A stretch of 63,485 nt of DNA. It comes from an uncultured delta proteobacterium (GTDB lineage: Bacteria; Desulfobacterota; RBG-13-43-22). Each line of letters starts with the position of its first letter. The first letter of the stretch is position 1. The position numbers and the translations under genes are program-made. This document shows, piece after piece, positions 9,979 through 19,932 of this stretch. The notes beneath the pieces were generated by a model, which saw only the letters and a list, made by a program, of their open reading frames with translations, ran no database searches and had not been told where the DNA came from. The stretch is from assembly GCA_963743305.1 (NCBI GenBank), contig CAVUPH010000043.1, forward strand, positions 1-63,485. The letters are read 5' to 3'.

Positions 9979-12078
9979 TCAATCAGGCTTGGTCAAATCA
10001 ATCCACAGGAATCCGAAGTCATCTACGGCCACCCGGGCCTCCGCCCCCACAATGAGGGTCGACTCCTTCTCCTCGATAATGGCCGGACCGGAAAACCGGG
10101 CCCCCGGAAACAGTTGGTAGCGATCGTAGACCGTATAGGGGATAAATTCCCGAACCAGGGGGGAGTAGGCCTGCCGCCGCCCCCTGACGGCCGCCTCCAG
10201 GGACTGTTTCCCCTTGACGACCAATTTTGGCAGTTGCAGAAGCCGCTCGGGCAGGCTGGCCCGCACTTTGAAATTGATGAATTCCACCTCGGAGTCCGGA
10301 TAGGTCCGGCCATAGAGTTTTTCATAGGCCTCATCAAAGAGGCGACGAATTTCAGTTTTCTCGAGGTGGGTAAAATCTCCGGTAGGCAAAGAAACCGTGA
10401 TCTCCGAACCCTGTCCCACGAAGCGCATGTCGAGCGCCCTTTCGAATTGGAGCGTTTCCTCTCCGGCTTCTTTCTTCAGTATCTTGGCCGAATCCTCCTC
10501 TAACCCCTGGAAGATGCGCTCGATTTCATCCAGGGCTGCCTCCTTCAGGGAAACTTTGTGACTCCGGAGAAGATCAAAGGCCCGGGGGGCGGTGAAAAAA
10601 CCCATGGCCGACCCTACCCCGGCATTGGGCGGGACCAGCAAACGGGGGGCTCCCAATTTTTTGGCCAGCCCATAGGCGTGAACCGGTCCCGCACCCCCGA
10701 AGGCCACGATAGTCACCAGCTTGGGGTTTCCGCCTTTTTCGGCGATGTGGGTCTTGGCAGCCGCCGCCATGGTTTCATTGATGAGATCGTGGATCCCCCA
10801 GATGGCCTGAATAAAAGAGACCCCGAGCGGTTGAGCGATCTTTTCCTCGACGCCGCGCCGGGCCCCCTCGTAGTCGAGTTTCATGGTCCCGCCGAGAAAG
10901 TAGTCCGGATCCAGATAACCCAGCAGGAGATCGGCATCGGTCACGCAGGGATCGGTGCCTCCCAGACCGTAGCAGATCGGCCCGGGTGACGCTCCGGAAC
11001 TTTCCGGCCCGACCTGCAAGGTGCCCAGCTTGCTTACCTTGGCGATACTACCGCCCCCGGCGCCGATCTCCATCAGGTCTACGACCGGGACCTGAATGGT
11101 GAGGCCGCTCCCTTTCATGAACCGTTGGACGCGCCCGACTTCAAACGTCGGGACCACACCGGCCACCCCTTTCTGGATCAGGCAGGACTTGGCCGTCGTT
11201 CCTCCCATGTCAAAGCAGAACATTTCCGAAATATGGAAGTGTTTACCGTAGTATTGGCCGGCGATAACCGCCGCGGTCGGCCCGGACTCGATAATCCGCA
11301 CCGGAAACTCGGCCGCCGTTTCCAGAGAAGTGACGCCGCCGCTCGAAAGCATAATAAAAAGCTTGCCTCGAAATCCGATGGCCTCCAGCCGGCCGGCCAG
11401 CTTGGACAGATACCGTCCGGTCAGGGGCTTGACATAGGCATTGGTCACCGTGGTGCTGGTGCGCTCGTACTCCTTGATCTGGGGCAAAACATGGTAGGAA
11501 ATGGAAACGGAAAGGCCCGGGGCTTCTTGTTCGATAATCTCCTGGAGCAGCAGCTCATGGGCCGGATTTTCGAAGGAATTGAGCAGGCAGACCGCAATCG
11601 ATTCCACCCCCAACCCGAGCAGGGCGCGGACCACCTGTCGGGCCTCTTCCGGGTCCAGGGCCTTCAGAACGCTCCCGTCGCTTCGGACCCGCTCGTCCAC
11701 CTCCAGCCGATATCTTCGGGGGATCAGTGGCCGGGGGAATTCAGCGAACAGGTCGTAAGGGGCATAGCGCATCTCCCGGCCGATTTCCAGGACGTCTCGA
11801 AAGCCCTTGGTGGTGATCAGTCCGGTTTTAGCCCCTTTGCGCTCGATAATGGCATTGATGACCAAGGTCGTTCCATGAATCAGCTCATCCAGATGGGTCA
11901 CAAAGTCCGGCGTGGTGGCTTCCAGCGCCCGTATTCCCTCTTCCACGGCATCCGAGGGGTCCCGAGGGGTCGTCAGGCACTTGCCGGTCTTTATCTCGCC
12001 GGTGTGATCGTCAAGCAGGACAAAGTCGGTAAAAGTGCCGCCTATATCACAGCCCAACCGGTAAATTTTTTCCGCCAT
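9979..12078 (-). CDS. Hydantoinase A / 5-oxoprolinase-family ATP-binding subunit
   Basis: DIGGTFTD, HGTT, ESGP, DMGGTTAK, IGAGGGSIA, FGGAGPVHA. Confidence 0.92.
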   Translation of the reverse strand: MAEKIYRLGCDIGGTFTDFVLLDDHTGEIKTGKCLTTPRDPSDAVEEGIRALEATTPDFVTHLDELIHGTTLVINAIIERKGAKTGLITTKGFRDVLEIGREMRYAPYDLFAEFPRPLIPRRYRLEVDERVRSDGSVLKALDPEEARQVVRALLGLGVESIAVCLLNSFENPAHELLLQEIIEQEAPGLSVSISYHVLPQIKEYERTSTTVTNAYVKPLTGRYLSKLAGRLEAIGFRGKLFIMLSSGGVTSLETAAEFPVRIIESGPTAAVIAGQYYGKHFHISEMFCFDMGGTTAKSCLIQKGVAGVVPTFEVGRVQRFMKGSGLTIQVPVVDLMEIGAGGGSIAKVSKLGTLQVGPESSGASPGPICYGLGGTDPCVTDADLLLGYLDPDYFLGGTMKLDYEGARRGVEEKIAQPLGVSFIQAIWGIHDLINETMAAAAKTHIAEKGGNPKLVTIVAFGGAGPVHAYGLAKKLGAPRLLVPPNAGVGSAMGFFTAPRAFDLLRSHKVSLKEAALDEIERIFQGLEEDSAKILKKEAGEETLQFERALDMRFVGQGSEITVSLPTGDFTHLEKTEIRRLFDEAYEKLYGRTYPDSEVEFINFKVRASLPERLLQLPKLVVKGKQSLEAAVRGRRQAYSPLVREFIPYTVYDRYQLFPGARFSGPAIIEEKESTLIVGAEARVAVDDFGFLWIDLTKPD

Positions 12079-12105
12079 TTCTTCTCCAAAGTGTATAAGG
12101 ATGAT

Positions 12106-12402
12106 CTATCTTCTTTTTATCAACCAATAAATCAAAAACCATTCCAATAAAGCAATAATTATTACAAAAAATCGTGGGATTTTTTTTAAAACAAAATCAG
12201 TAAAATATATAATTAAGATAATGAAAAACAAAAAACCTAAAATATAAAAGAAGATATTATCGTTTTTATTTCCTGGCAAATATCCCAAAAAAGAAGCAAT
12301 TATTATTACAAACCCCCAAAGCAATATATTGGCAAAAATATAGTCTAAAAGTTTTCTAAAAATATCATACACATAGCTCTCCCGTTCTATTTTTTCGGAC
12401 AA
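12106..12402 (-). CDS. Small AT-rich membrane protein (about 3 TM), putative immunity protein of the orphan RHS tip
   Basis: Three hydrophobic stretches; overlaps the stop of the orphan RHS module; start uncertain (TTG 12402 or a downstream GTG). Confidence 0.6.
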   Translation of the reverse strand: MSEKIERESYVYDIFRKLLDYIFANILLWGFVIIIASFLGYLPGNKNDNIFFYILGFLFFIILIIYFTDFVLKKIPRFFVIIIALLEWFLIYWLIKRR

Positions 12403-13134
12403 ATTATTGATGGATTGTTTGGCGGCATAAAAAGTCTAGTTTGCGGATCATAAATCCAACCTGAAGGATAGTCGATTGGTTCAATCGGTGGCCACTCGTA
12501 AAGAGGATAAGCAAATTCAGACGGGTTCATTAATACCCAGAAGATAGAGGATGCGGTTATCAATCCAACACTAATACCAGGGGTAACTATCGGCAGATTG
12601 GTTAGTTGACCAATTACCTCTTCGCCAATTGTGCGACTGATGCTTGGTAACCATTTTTTTATAAGATTCCTCATAGATTGAATTGCTTGCAACCCCAAAG
12701 GATCCACCCAATTCTCTGGATCATTCCCCACATACCGAAACAGATTCACATCCCCGCCCCAAAACCCGATCGGGTCCTTGCTGATGAACCGCCCCGCCTT
12801 GGGATCATAATACCTCGCTCTATAGTAATACGGCCCCGTTTCCACGTCGTATTCCCGGCCAGTAAAGGTGAAAGGCTGATCAAGGCCCCCGGTTTGGGCG
12901 GTGATCTTCCCGAAACTGTCGTAGCGGTAGGTCTTGGTGGTATTCCCTGAAGTGTCGGTCAGCTCATTAACGCTCCCCAGACCATCGGTATGGTAGTAGT
13001 AGACATTTCCACCCTGATCGACGGAAAGAGGTTCGTCGAGTCCTCGCCCGAAGACGTATTTCGACCGGACCGTCCAGAGCCCGTTGTAGGCCGCGACCAT
13101 GTTAAGGCTGTCATAGATGGAGGTGGTCACCTGG
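12387..13134 (-). pseudogene. Orphan RHS core fragment plus 100 aa C-terminal toxin tip
   Basis: YYYRARYYDP..GRFISKDPIG..NLFRYVGNDP.NWVDPLGL; similarity to the main RHS gene starts abruptly near 13134, without its own credible start. Confidence 0.8.
12690..13134 (-). repeat. RHS core direct repeat, copy 2 (about 440 bp)
   Basis: High nucleotide and protein similarity to 14200-14645. Confidence 0.85.
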
Positions 13135-13219
13135 TTTAGTATCCCTTCGGATAAGCTTTTTCTGTATATTTTGGCGCTCAATAAAGAACTGCTAAAAAAC
13201 ACGTTACGATGTAAAATAT

Positions 13220-13963
13220 CTATCCCAACGGGTTAGACCAGTAGATACCTAGAAAATTTACGATACAATGAGAAACAATCGGGGATAGGATGGATTCAGT
13301 TTTTTCATAAAGTAAACAAAACATTATAGGAGCCAGAATAAATCCACCATCAGGATGAGATGTTACAAAAATGAATGAAGTTATTAAAACGGCTAAAATC
13401 GCGCCATATTTCTTCCTATAAGTTGAATATAATAAACCACGAAAAACCAATTCCTCCACAAAAGGAGCAAAAAATATTACTAAAAAGAAAAATAATATAT
13501 GATTAAAAGAAATGGGAGGGGTATCTATCCCCCACATCTCTTTCCAAAAATTAGTCTCTTTTCCAAAAAGTTTTAATAAATTTATACCTATAAAGTTAAT
13601 GATAAACCCTGCAACCAGCCCATAGCCAATGGCCTTGAATAAATTGTCAAATTTAAAACCTAAAACCTTGATATTCTGTCTCAGCCGAAACTTAAAATAG
13701 GCGAACAAAAAAAGTAGCACTAAAATATGGGATGCATACAAATACATCCCTTTGATGAGAGAAGTGGAATTAATGACATAATCAATTAGAACATAGTAAA
13801 ATAGAAAATTAGTGGTATTAAATAATAAGATAATTGTTACTATATCGATAGGCCTCCATTGCTGGTGTTTAAAAAGTTCCTTTTCCCCATCATTTATATC
13901 CTTCTTCTTTAAAAGAGAGAGAAGGAATATTAGAAGGAAAAAAATGGTAATCCATCTTGTCAT
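13220..13963 (-). CDS. CPBP-family (CAAX/Abi, Rce1-like) intramembrane metalloprotease, putative immunity protein
   Basis: EELVFRG, FVTSH and SHCIVN motifs; multi-TM; ATGA overlap with the RHS stop; AT-rich. Confidence 0.85.
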   Translation of the reverse strand: MTRWITIFFLLIFLLSLLKKKDINDGEKELFKHQQWRPIDIVTIILLFNTTNFLFYYVLIDYVINSTSLIKGMYLYASHILVLLFLFAYFKFRLRQNIKVLGFKFDNLFKAIGYGLVAGFIINFIGINLLKLFGKETNFWKEMWGIDTPPISFNHILFFFLVIFFAPFVEELVFRGLLYSTYRKKYGAILAVLITSFIFVTSHPDGGFILAPIMFCLLYEKTESILSPIVSHCIVNFLGIYWSNPLG

Positions 13964-16900
13964 TTTGAAGGGCAGGCCTCTGCTGGAGAAGGAATGAATG
14001 GATTTATTTTTTTGATTGATTCTTTAGGAATGATAATCTGAAATTGTACACGTGAAAAGTAATTGAAGAGCTCATTCCCTAATGTAGTCCTTATCAAATT
14101 CGAAAAGGGAAGAATATATTTTTCCATTGAATAATTATAATATGCTTCCATGTATCTAAGTGGTGTTGTTACTCCAGATGGGACAGCAAATCCAGGAAAT
14201 AATCCTAACGGATCTACCCAGTTTACGGGATCATTCCCCACATACCGAAAAAGATTCACATCTCCGCCCCCGAACCCAATCGGGTCTTTGCTGATGAACC
14301 GCCCGGTCTTGGGGTCGTAATACCTGGCCCGGTAGTGGTACAACCCGCTCTCGGCGTCATATTCCCGGCCGGTGAAGGCGAAGGGCTGATCCAGGGTCCC
14401 GGTCTGGGCGATGATCTTTCCAAAGCTGTCGAAGCGGTAGGTCTTCGTGGTATTTCCGGGAGGCGTCGGTCAGCTCATTAACGCTCCCCAGACCGTCTTG
14501 GTGGTAATAGTAGAGGCTGCCCGCCTGGTCAACGGACAGAGGCTCATCAATATCCAGCCCGAAGACGTATTTCGACCGGACCGTCCAGAGGCCGTTGTAG
14601 TCCGCGACCATGTTAAGGCCGTCGTAGACATAGGTGGTCACTTGGCCGTTGACGTTTTTTTCGATCCGGCGGCCCAAGGCGTCATACTTATACTGGGCGT
14701 CCATTCCCGGGTACTGGACCCGAGTCAGTCGGTTCTCGTAGTCATAGGTATAGTTAGTGGTCTCCCCATTGAGTTTTTTGACCTTCTGGATCAGGTTATC
14801 ATTGTAATCGTAGGTGTAGGTAAATTCGCTATCCTCCAAAAGGGCGTTATTGAGATCGACCGTAGTGCCCAGCCGGTTGCCCACCGCATCATAGCTAAAC
14901 TGCTCCGTCGGAGGAGTGGGGTGAGTGGCCTGGGTGAGCTGGTAGATATCGTCATACTGGTAGGTATGCAATCCCGCGAGGTCGGTCAGGGAGGTGCGGC
15001 GGCCCAGGGCGTCATGGGTATAGGCGAAAGAGTCAATGGTCACCTGTTGGGAATTAAGGGCCAGGACATTGTTGAGGAAGCCATCCGGGGTATAGGCATA
15101 GGTGGTCGTCACCCCGTTGGGATCGGCAAGACCCGTACGCTGCCCGGCTAGGTCATGGGTAAACCCATAGGTTCGGGAGGCGGCCACGATCTGGGAAAGC
15201 CGGTTCCCGGTGTTGTAACTATAGGTAAAGACCCGCCCGTCCGGGGCGGTCATTTGGGCCCGACGATTCAGGCCGTCGTATTGATAATAGATAGTCTTCC
15301 CATACATGTCCATTTGGCTGGTCAGCCGGTTGTTCAGATCATAGGAAAAGTAGTGGGTCATTAGGGGGTTGGCGGCCGAGGTCAGGTTGCTTCGGCCGTC
15401 GTAACCCAAGACGACAGTGGTGCTATTGGGATAGCGGACTTGGGTCAATCGGTTGATATCGTCATAAGTATACTGGGTGGTCTGATTGCTTTCGTCGGTC
15501 CGGGAGAGAATATTTCCGGCGGCATCATACGTGTAGGATTTGAAATAACCCAGAGGGTTGGTCTCCCGAATGAGTCGTCCGGCCAGGTCGTATTCAAAGG
15601 TGGTACTCTGACCCCGGGGATCGGTCAGGGAGGTTAATTTGTCCACCCCGGTCCCGCAGGAAGGACAGCCGGAGCCATAGGTCAATAAGGTGGTCTGGTT
15701 CAAGGCATCCATTATCCCGGTGACCCGGTTGTTGTAATTATAACTGTATTGGGTGACTTTGCCGTTGGCGTCTGTCTGGGAGACGCGGTTCCCCTTGGCG
15801 TCATAGCTTAAGGTGGTAACTTGGTTTTGGGGGTTGGTCAAGCGTTTGATCCGGTTCAAACCATTGTATTCCAGGGCATAGAGGTTGTTCAGCGGGTCTA
15901 AGACACTGACAATATTTCCGGCGTTGTCATAAGTCAAGGTAGTAACCGCCCCATTGGGCTCGGTAATCGAGGTCGGGTAAAAGGCCGCATTATAGGCGAA
16001 GGTGGTGGTCTGGCTCAAGGCGTTGACTTGGGTCAGGAGGCTGCCGTTGGCATCATAAGTGAAACTGGTCATGTTTCCTTGCGGTTCGGTGATTGACAAA
16101 AGGTTTCCCTGGGCGTCATATGAGAGATTATAAATGGAATTCCCGGGATAGGAAACCTGGGTTAGCCGGTTTAAGGTATTATAGCTATAAAAAACATTAT
16201 ACCCGGCGGGCTTGAAAGCCATGGTTACATTACCATTGCCGTCATAATAGTAGGTGGTGACCTTGTTTCGCGGATCGGTGACCGTCACCAGGTTCCGGCT
16301 GGCGTCATAGGTATACTTCGTGGTATTGCCTAAAGGATCGGTCTTTTCCGTGAGGGCGGCGATAGCGGGATCGTATTTATAGGTCCAGAGGCCGCCGTCT
16401 TTTTCCGTGATCCGGGAGGTGGAGGGGGCCACACTATAGGCGATGGATTTGGTCATTAACTCCGGGTCGGTCACTTGACTGACTCGATGTCGGTTGTCGT
16501 AGGTATAGGTGGTCACCTGATTTCCCGGATCGGTTTTGGTCAGAAGGAATCCGTCGCCATCGTAGGTATAGGACCAGGTCCGGGTCCCCAGGCCGGCGAT
16601 CTGGGAGGAGATCCCGGTCAAAAGTCCGTTGCTGTAGGAGAAACTATGGGTATTTCCATTCGGATCGGAGGTCGAGGCCACCCGGTTATCCTGGTCATAC
16701 GTCAGGGTGATGACCCGTCCGGAGGGATCGGTCAGACTGGTCAGGTTGTTTTGGCCGTCGTAGCCGAAGGTGAGGCTGTTAGCGTTCCGGTCCGTAACCG
16801 CGGTTATGATCTTGTTGGCATTGAATTGGTAAAAAATCCCCTCTTTATATTCGAGGGTATAGGTCCCGTTTCCGTTGACGGTCAAGGCGGGATAAGCGGC

Positions 16901-18235
16901 CCCTTCCGGTTTGTAGCGGCCGCCGTTGGGGTAGAGGGTCATTCTCCTCCCGTCTCCTTCCACTACGGTATAGGAGTTGTTATTGTTCAATAGAAGCTTG
17001 AGGTTATAGGTGTGAGTCCAGCCGAGCCCGAGGGGCGCCGATTGGCCGTCGAAGCTGTTATAGGAGAGGACGAAGTCCTTTTGAAATTTGGAGTGGGGAA
17101 GGCTGAACAGGCTCTGGTCATGATGGAGATTGCCGCTGGCCACGTTAACCAGGGAGCCCCAGGAAGCATTCAGACAAATGTCCTTTATATCCGTAACCGT
17201 AATAGGAGTACTCTGAGTGGTGCTGTCGGTGCAGCCGCCGCCGCTGGTCCGGGCCTGCAAGAGGGCCGAATAGGTTCCCGGTTGAATCCGGCGACCGGAG
17301 GCATCCCGTCCATCCCAGTCCACCGAGACATTTTCGTTTGTCCCTTGTTGGAGTATCATCCCGTTCAGGGACAGCGTCCAATCCACCGTACCCCCTCCCG
17401 ATGGAGTGGGAATGGTGGCGGAAATCGAAGTGGCTCCCCCGGCAGCCAGGTTGATTTTGGTGGTAGTGGTATTAAACCCTTTGATTTCAGCTAGGCAGGG
17501 GATGGTATCGGCAGGGCAACACCCTGCCCCGATTTGGGCGGAGGTCCGCATATCATGACGACCCGCCGCGCAACCGTCCGGACAGTTCGTCGAAATGCAA
17601 GCCGCCCTTTCAATATCGCAGCCGGGTCCCCCCCATTCCCAAAATTCTTCTACCGTACAACCTGTTACAAAGTGCCCGGGAGAACAGCCATAAAAAGAAT
17701 CTCCCAGTGTCCCGTTGCAGCCAAAATTCCTTTTTGTAACCTGGTAAGTACAATAGCCAAGATTACGACCGGCACAACCACCGGCCACATCTTCATAACT
17801 ATGGGTCACGAAGGTCGGGCTGGCATAATACCCGGCGATCTCGTAAAGGGCATTGACAGCCAACGACATATCGGTTGTGGCGTTGCAACTATCCGTTAGC
17901 CGGATAACCGGGTTGCCGGCGCAGTTGGCATTGGAAGTTGGCGCGGTGTAACTATTCGAGGTTCCGGAGCTTCCGGAGAGGCTTCCACCGCCATTGACAA
18001 TGGACCAGGAATACGGCCCTCCCGCACCGCCAGAGGCCGATAAGCCCTGGGTCCCGTTGACATTCAACTGTTTGGTGGTTGAGCCGATAATTGGAGGGGG
18101 GCAGTCCTGGCAGGAGGTGCATTGGGACCAGGAATCATTCAGAAGGAAAATTTGTATAATTAGGGACCAAGAAACACAGAGAAGAACAGAATAATGATTT
18201 TTTAAGGGCCATCTTGATGTAAACATTATCTTCAC
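13960..18235 (-). CDS. RHS/YD-repeat polymorphic toxin: signal peptide, Cys-rich N-terminus, FlgD-like Ig domain, DUF6531-like domain, YD repeats, RHS core, 79 aa tip; frameshift near 14459
   Basis: WDGRDASG..PGTY, VNVASGN..SYNS..LGLGWTHTY, many YD repeats; removing one C in TCCCGGAAAT joins 14357..18235 to the DPLGL-containing ORF 13960..14343. Confidence 0.88.
14200..14645 (-). repeat. RHS core direct repeat, copy 1
   Basis: Matches 12690-13134. Confidence 0.85.
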
Positions 18236-18261
18236 CTAATATATTCTCACTTCTTTTGTCG

Positions 18262-19890
18262 TCAAAAGATACTGGGCTCCTCGAAAGTTCCATAGGCTTC
18301 CCGGAACACCTGGGTCATCTCCCCCACCGTACAGTAAGCCCGGCAGCAGTCCACCAGGAAGGGCATGACATTTTTCTTTTCCCCGACGGCCCCTTCCAAG
18401 GCTTTCAAAGATCGGGAAACTTCGGCGGCGGACCGCTCCCGGCGCAGGGCCTGCAGGTCTTTAATCTTCTCCACCGCGGTTTCCTCCCGGTAGTCGTGCA
18501 GGGCCACGTCCTCCTCCTCCCCGACCACGTATTTGTTCACCCCCACCTTGATCAATTCCCCTTCCTGGACGGACTTCTCGAATTCATAGGCCTGCCGGGA
18601 AACCTTTTGTTGAATGTAGCCCTGGGCTACGGCCCGGACCACGCCGCCGATTTGTTCGATTTCCTGCATTTCGGCCAAAATCCTGTTTTCCATCTCCTTG
18701 GTCAGGGTCTCGATGAAATAGGAGCCGGCCAGGGGATCGACCGTGTCGCGGAGTCCGACCTCTTCCATCAGGATCTCCAGGGTCCGCAGGGAAAGCAGGG
18801 CCGCCCGTTCGGTCGGGATGGTGTAGGCCTCATCGAAGGAGCAGAGAGCCGTGGTCTGGGCCCCGCCCAGGGCGGCCGCCAGAGCATAGTAGGCCCCGCG
18901 GATGATGTTGTTTTCCGGCTGGGCCTTGGTCAGCCCGTAGCCACCGCCTCCAAAGAGGCCCCGGAGGTACAGGTCCTTATCCTTTTTGACGTCGTACTTC
19001 TCCTTCAAATTCTTGGCCCAGAGTTTTCGGGCGGCCCGGAACTTGGCCACCTGTTCCCAGAGGTTGCCGAAGATGTTCAGATTGAAGGAAAAGCGACCCA
19101 CGAACTGGTCGGCCGTGTAGCCCCGGCGGACGACCTCGTCGATATAGGCGTTGGCGATCAGGATGGCATAAGCGATTTCCTGGGCCGGCGTGGCCCCGGA
19201 TTCCCGGATGTGGTAGCCGCAGACGCTGACCGGATTGCACTTGGGCAGCTCCTTCATGGAATACTCGATGGTGTCCCCGATCAGGGCCACGGCCGGTTCG
19301 ATGGGGAAGATCCAGGCCCCGCGGCCGATCATTTCCTTGAGAATATCGTTCTGGGGGGTGGCGCTGATCTGCTCCTTGGTATAGCCGGATTTTTCGGCCA
19401 TGGCCTGGAACATGGCCAACATAATGTCCGCCACGGCGTTGATGGTCAGTCCCACGCCGATCTTGTCCAATTGAATGTCCTTAAAAGCAATTTCAAAGTC
19501 CCGTAGGGAATCCACGGCCATACCCACCCGGCCCACCTCGCCTTCGGCCAGGGGATCGTCGGAATCCAGACCCATCTGTGAGGGAAGGTCGAAGGCCACG
19601 TTCAGCCCGGTCTGCCCGTGGCCGATCATCAGCTTAAAGCGCTCGTTGGTCTCGGCCGGGGTCCCAAAGCCGGTGTATTGTCGAGTAGTCCAGGCCCGAC
19701 TACGGTAGCCCAAGGGATGGATACCCCGAGTAAAAGGGTAGGTCCCCGGATCGGCCAGATCCCGTTCATACTGGAAACCGGCCGCCTCTAAATCCTTCGG
19801 GGTATACACCGGCTTAACTTTAATACCGGACTGCAGGGTGACTTCCTGGATCCCATCTTTTTTATCCTTCTGATATTTGGCTACACCCAT
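18262..19890 (-). CDS. B12-dependent acyl-CoA mutase large (substrate-binding) subunit, methylmalonyl-CoA mutase family
   Basis: PGTYPFTRG, RQYTGFGT, AFDLP, QNDILKE, GYHIRESGA, DPLAGSY, TVGEM; no DxHxxG cobalamin-binding domain. Confidence 0.92.
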   Translation of the reverse strand: MGVAKYQKDKKDGIQEVTLQSGIKVKPVYTPKDLEAAGFQYERDLADPGTYPFTRGIHPLGYRSRAWTTRQYTGFGTPAETNERFKLMIGHGQTGLNVAFDLPSQMGLDSDDPLAEGEVGRVGMAVDSLRDFEIAFKDIQLDKIGVGLTINAVADIMLAMFQAMAEKSGYTKEQISATPQNDILKEMIGRGAWIFPIEPAVALIGDTIEYSMKELPKCNPVSVCGYHIRESGATPAQEIAYAILIANAYIDEVVRRGYTADQFVGRFSFNLNIFGNLWEQVAKFRAARKLWAKNLKEKYDVKKDKDLYLRGLFGGGGYGLTKAQPENNIIRGAYYALAAALGGAQTTALCSFDEAYTIPTERAALLSLRTLEILMEEVGLRDTVDPLAGSYFIETLTKEMENRILAEMQEIEQIGGVVRAVAQGYIQQKVSRQAYEFEKSVQEGELIKVGVNKYVVGEEEDVALHDYREETAVEKIKDLQALRRERSAAEVSRSLKALEGAVGEKKNVMPFLVDCCRAYCTVGEMTQVFREAYGTFEEPSIF

Positions 19891-19932
19891 GATAACTCCC
19901 TTCGGGAAAACGAATAGTTCGGATTAAAGCGA

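Noticed and set aside
14700-16800. Repetitive sequence as a possible CRISPR or tandem array
   Set aside because: These are degenerate YD-repeat codons inside the RHS ORF, with no identical repeats and unique spacers; no cas genes in the window
18256-19506. Long antisense or overlapping ORFs (e.g. 18256..19506, 42319..43614, 11125..12150, 30306..31301)
   Set aside because: Shadow ORFs opposite well-supported GC-rich genes, with no recognisable motifs
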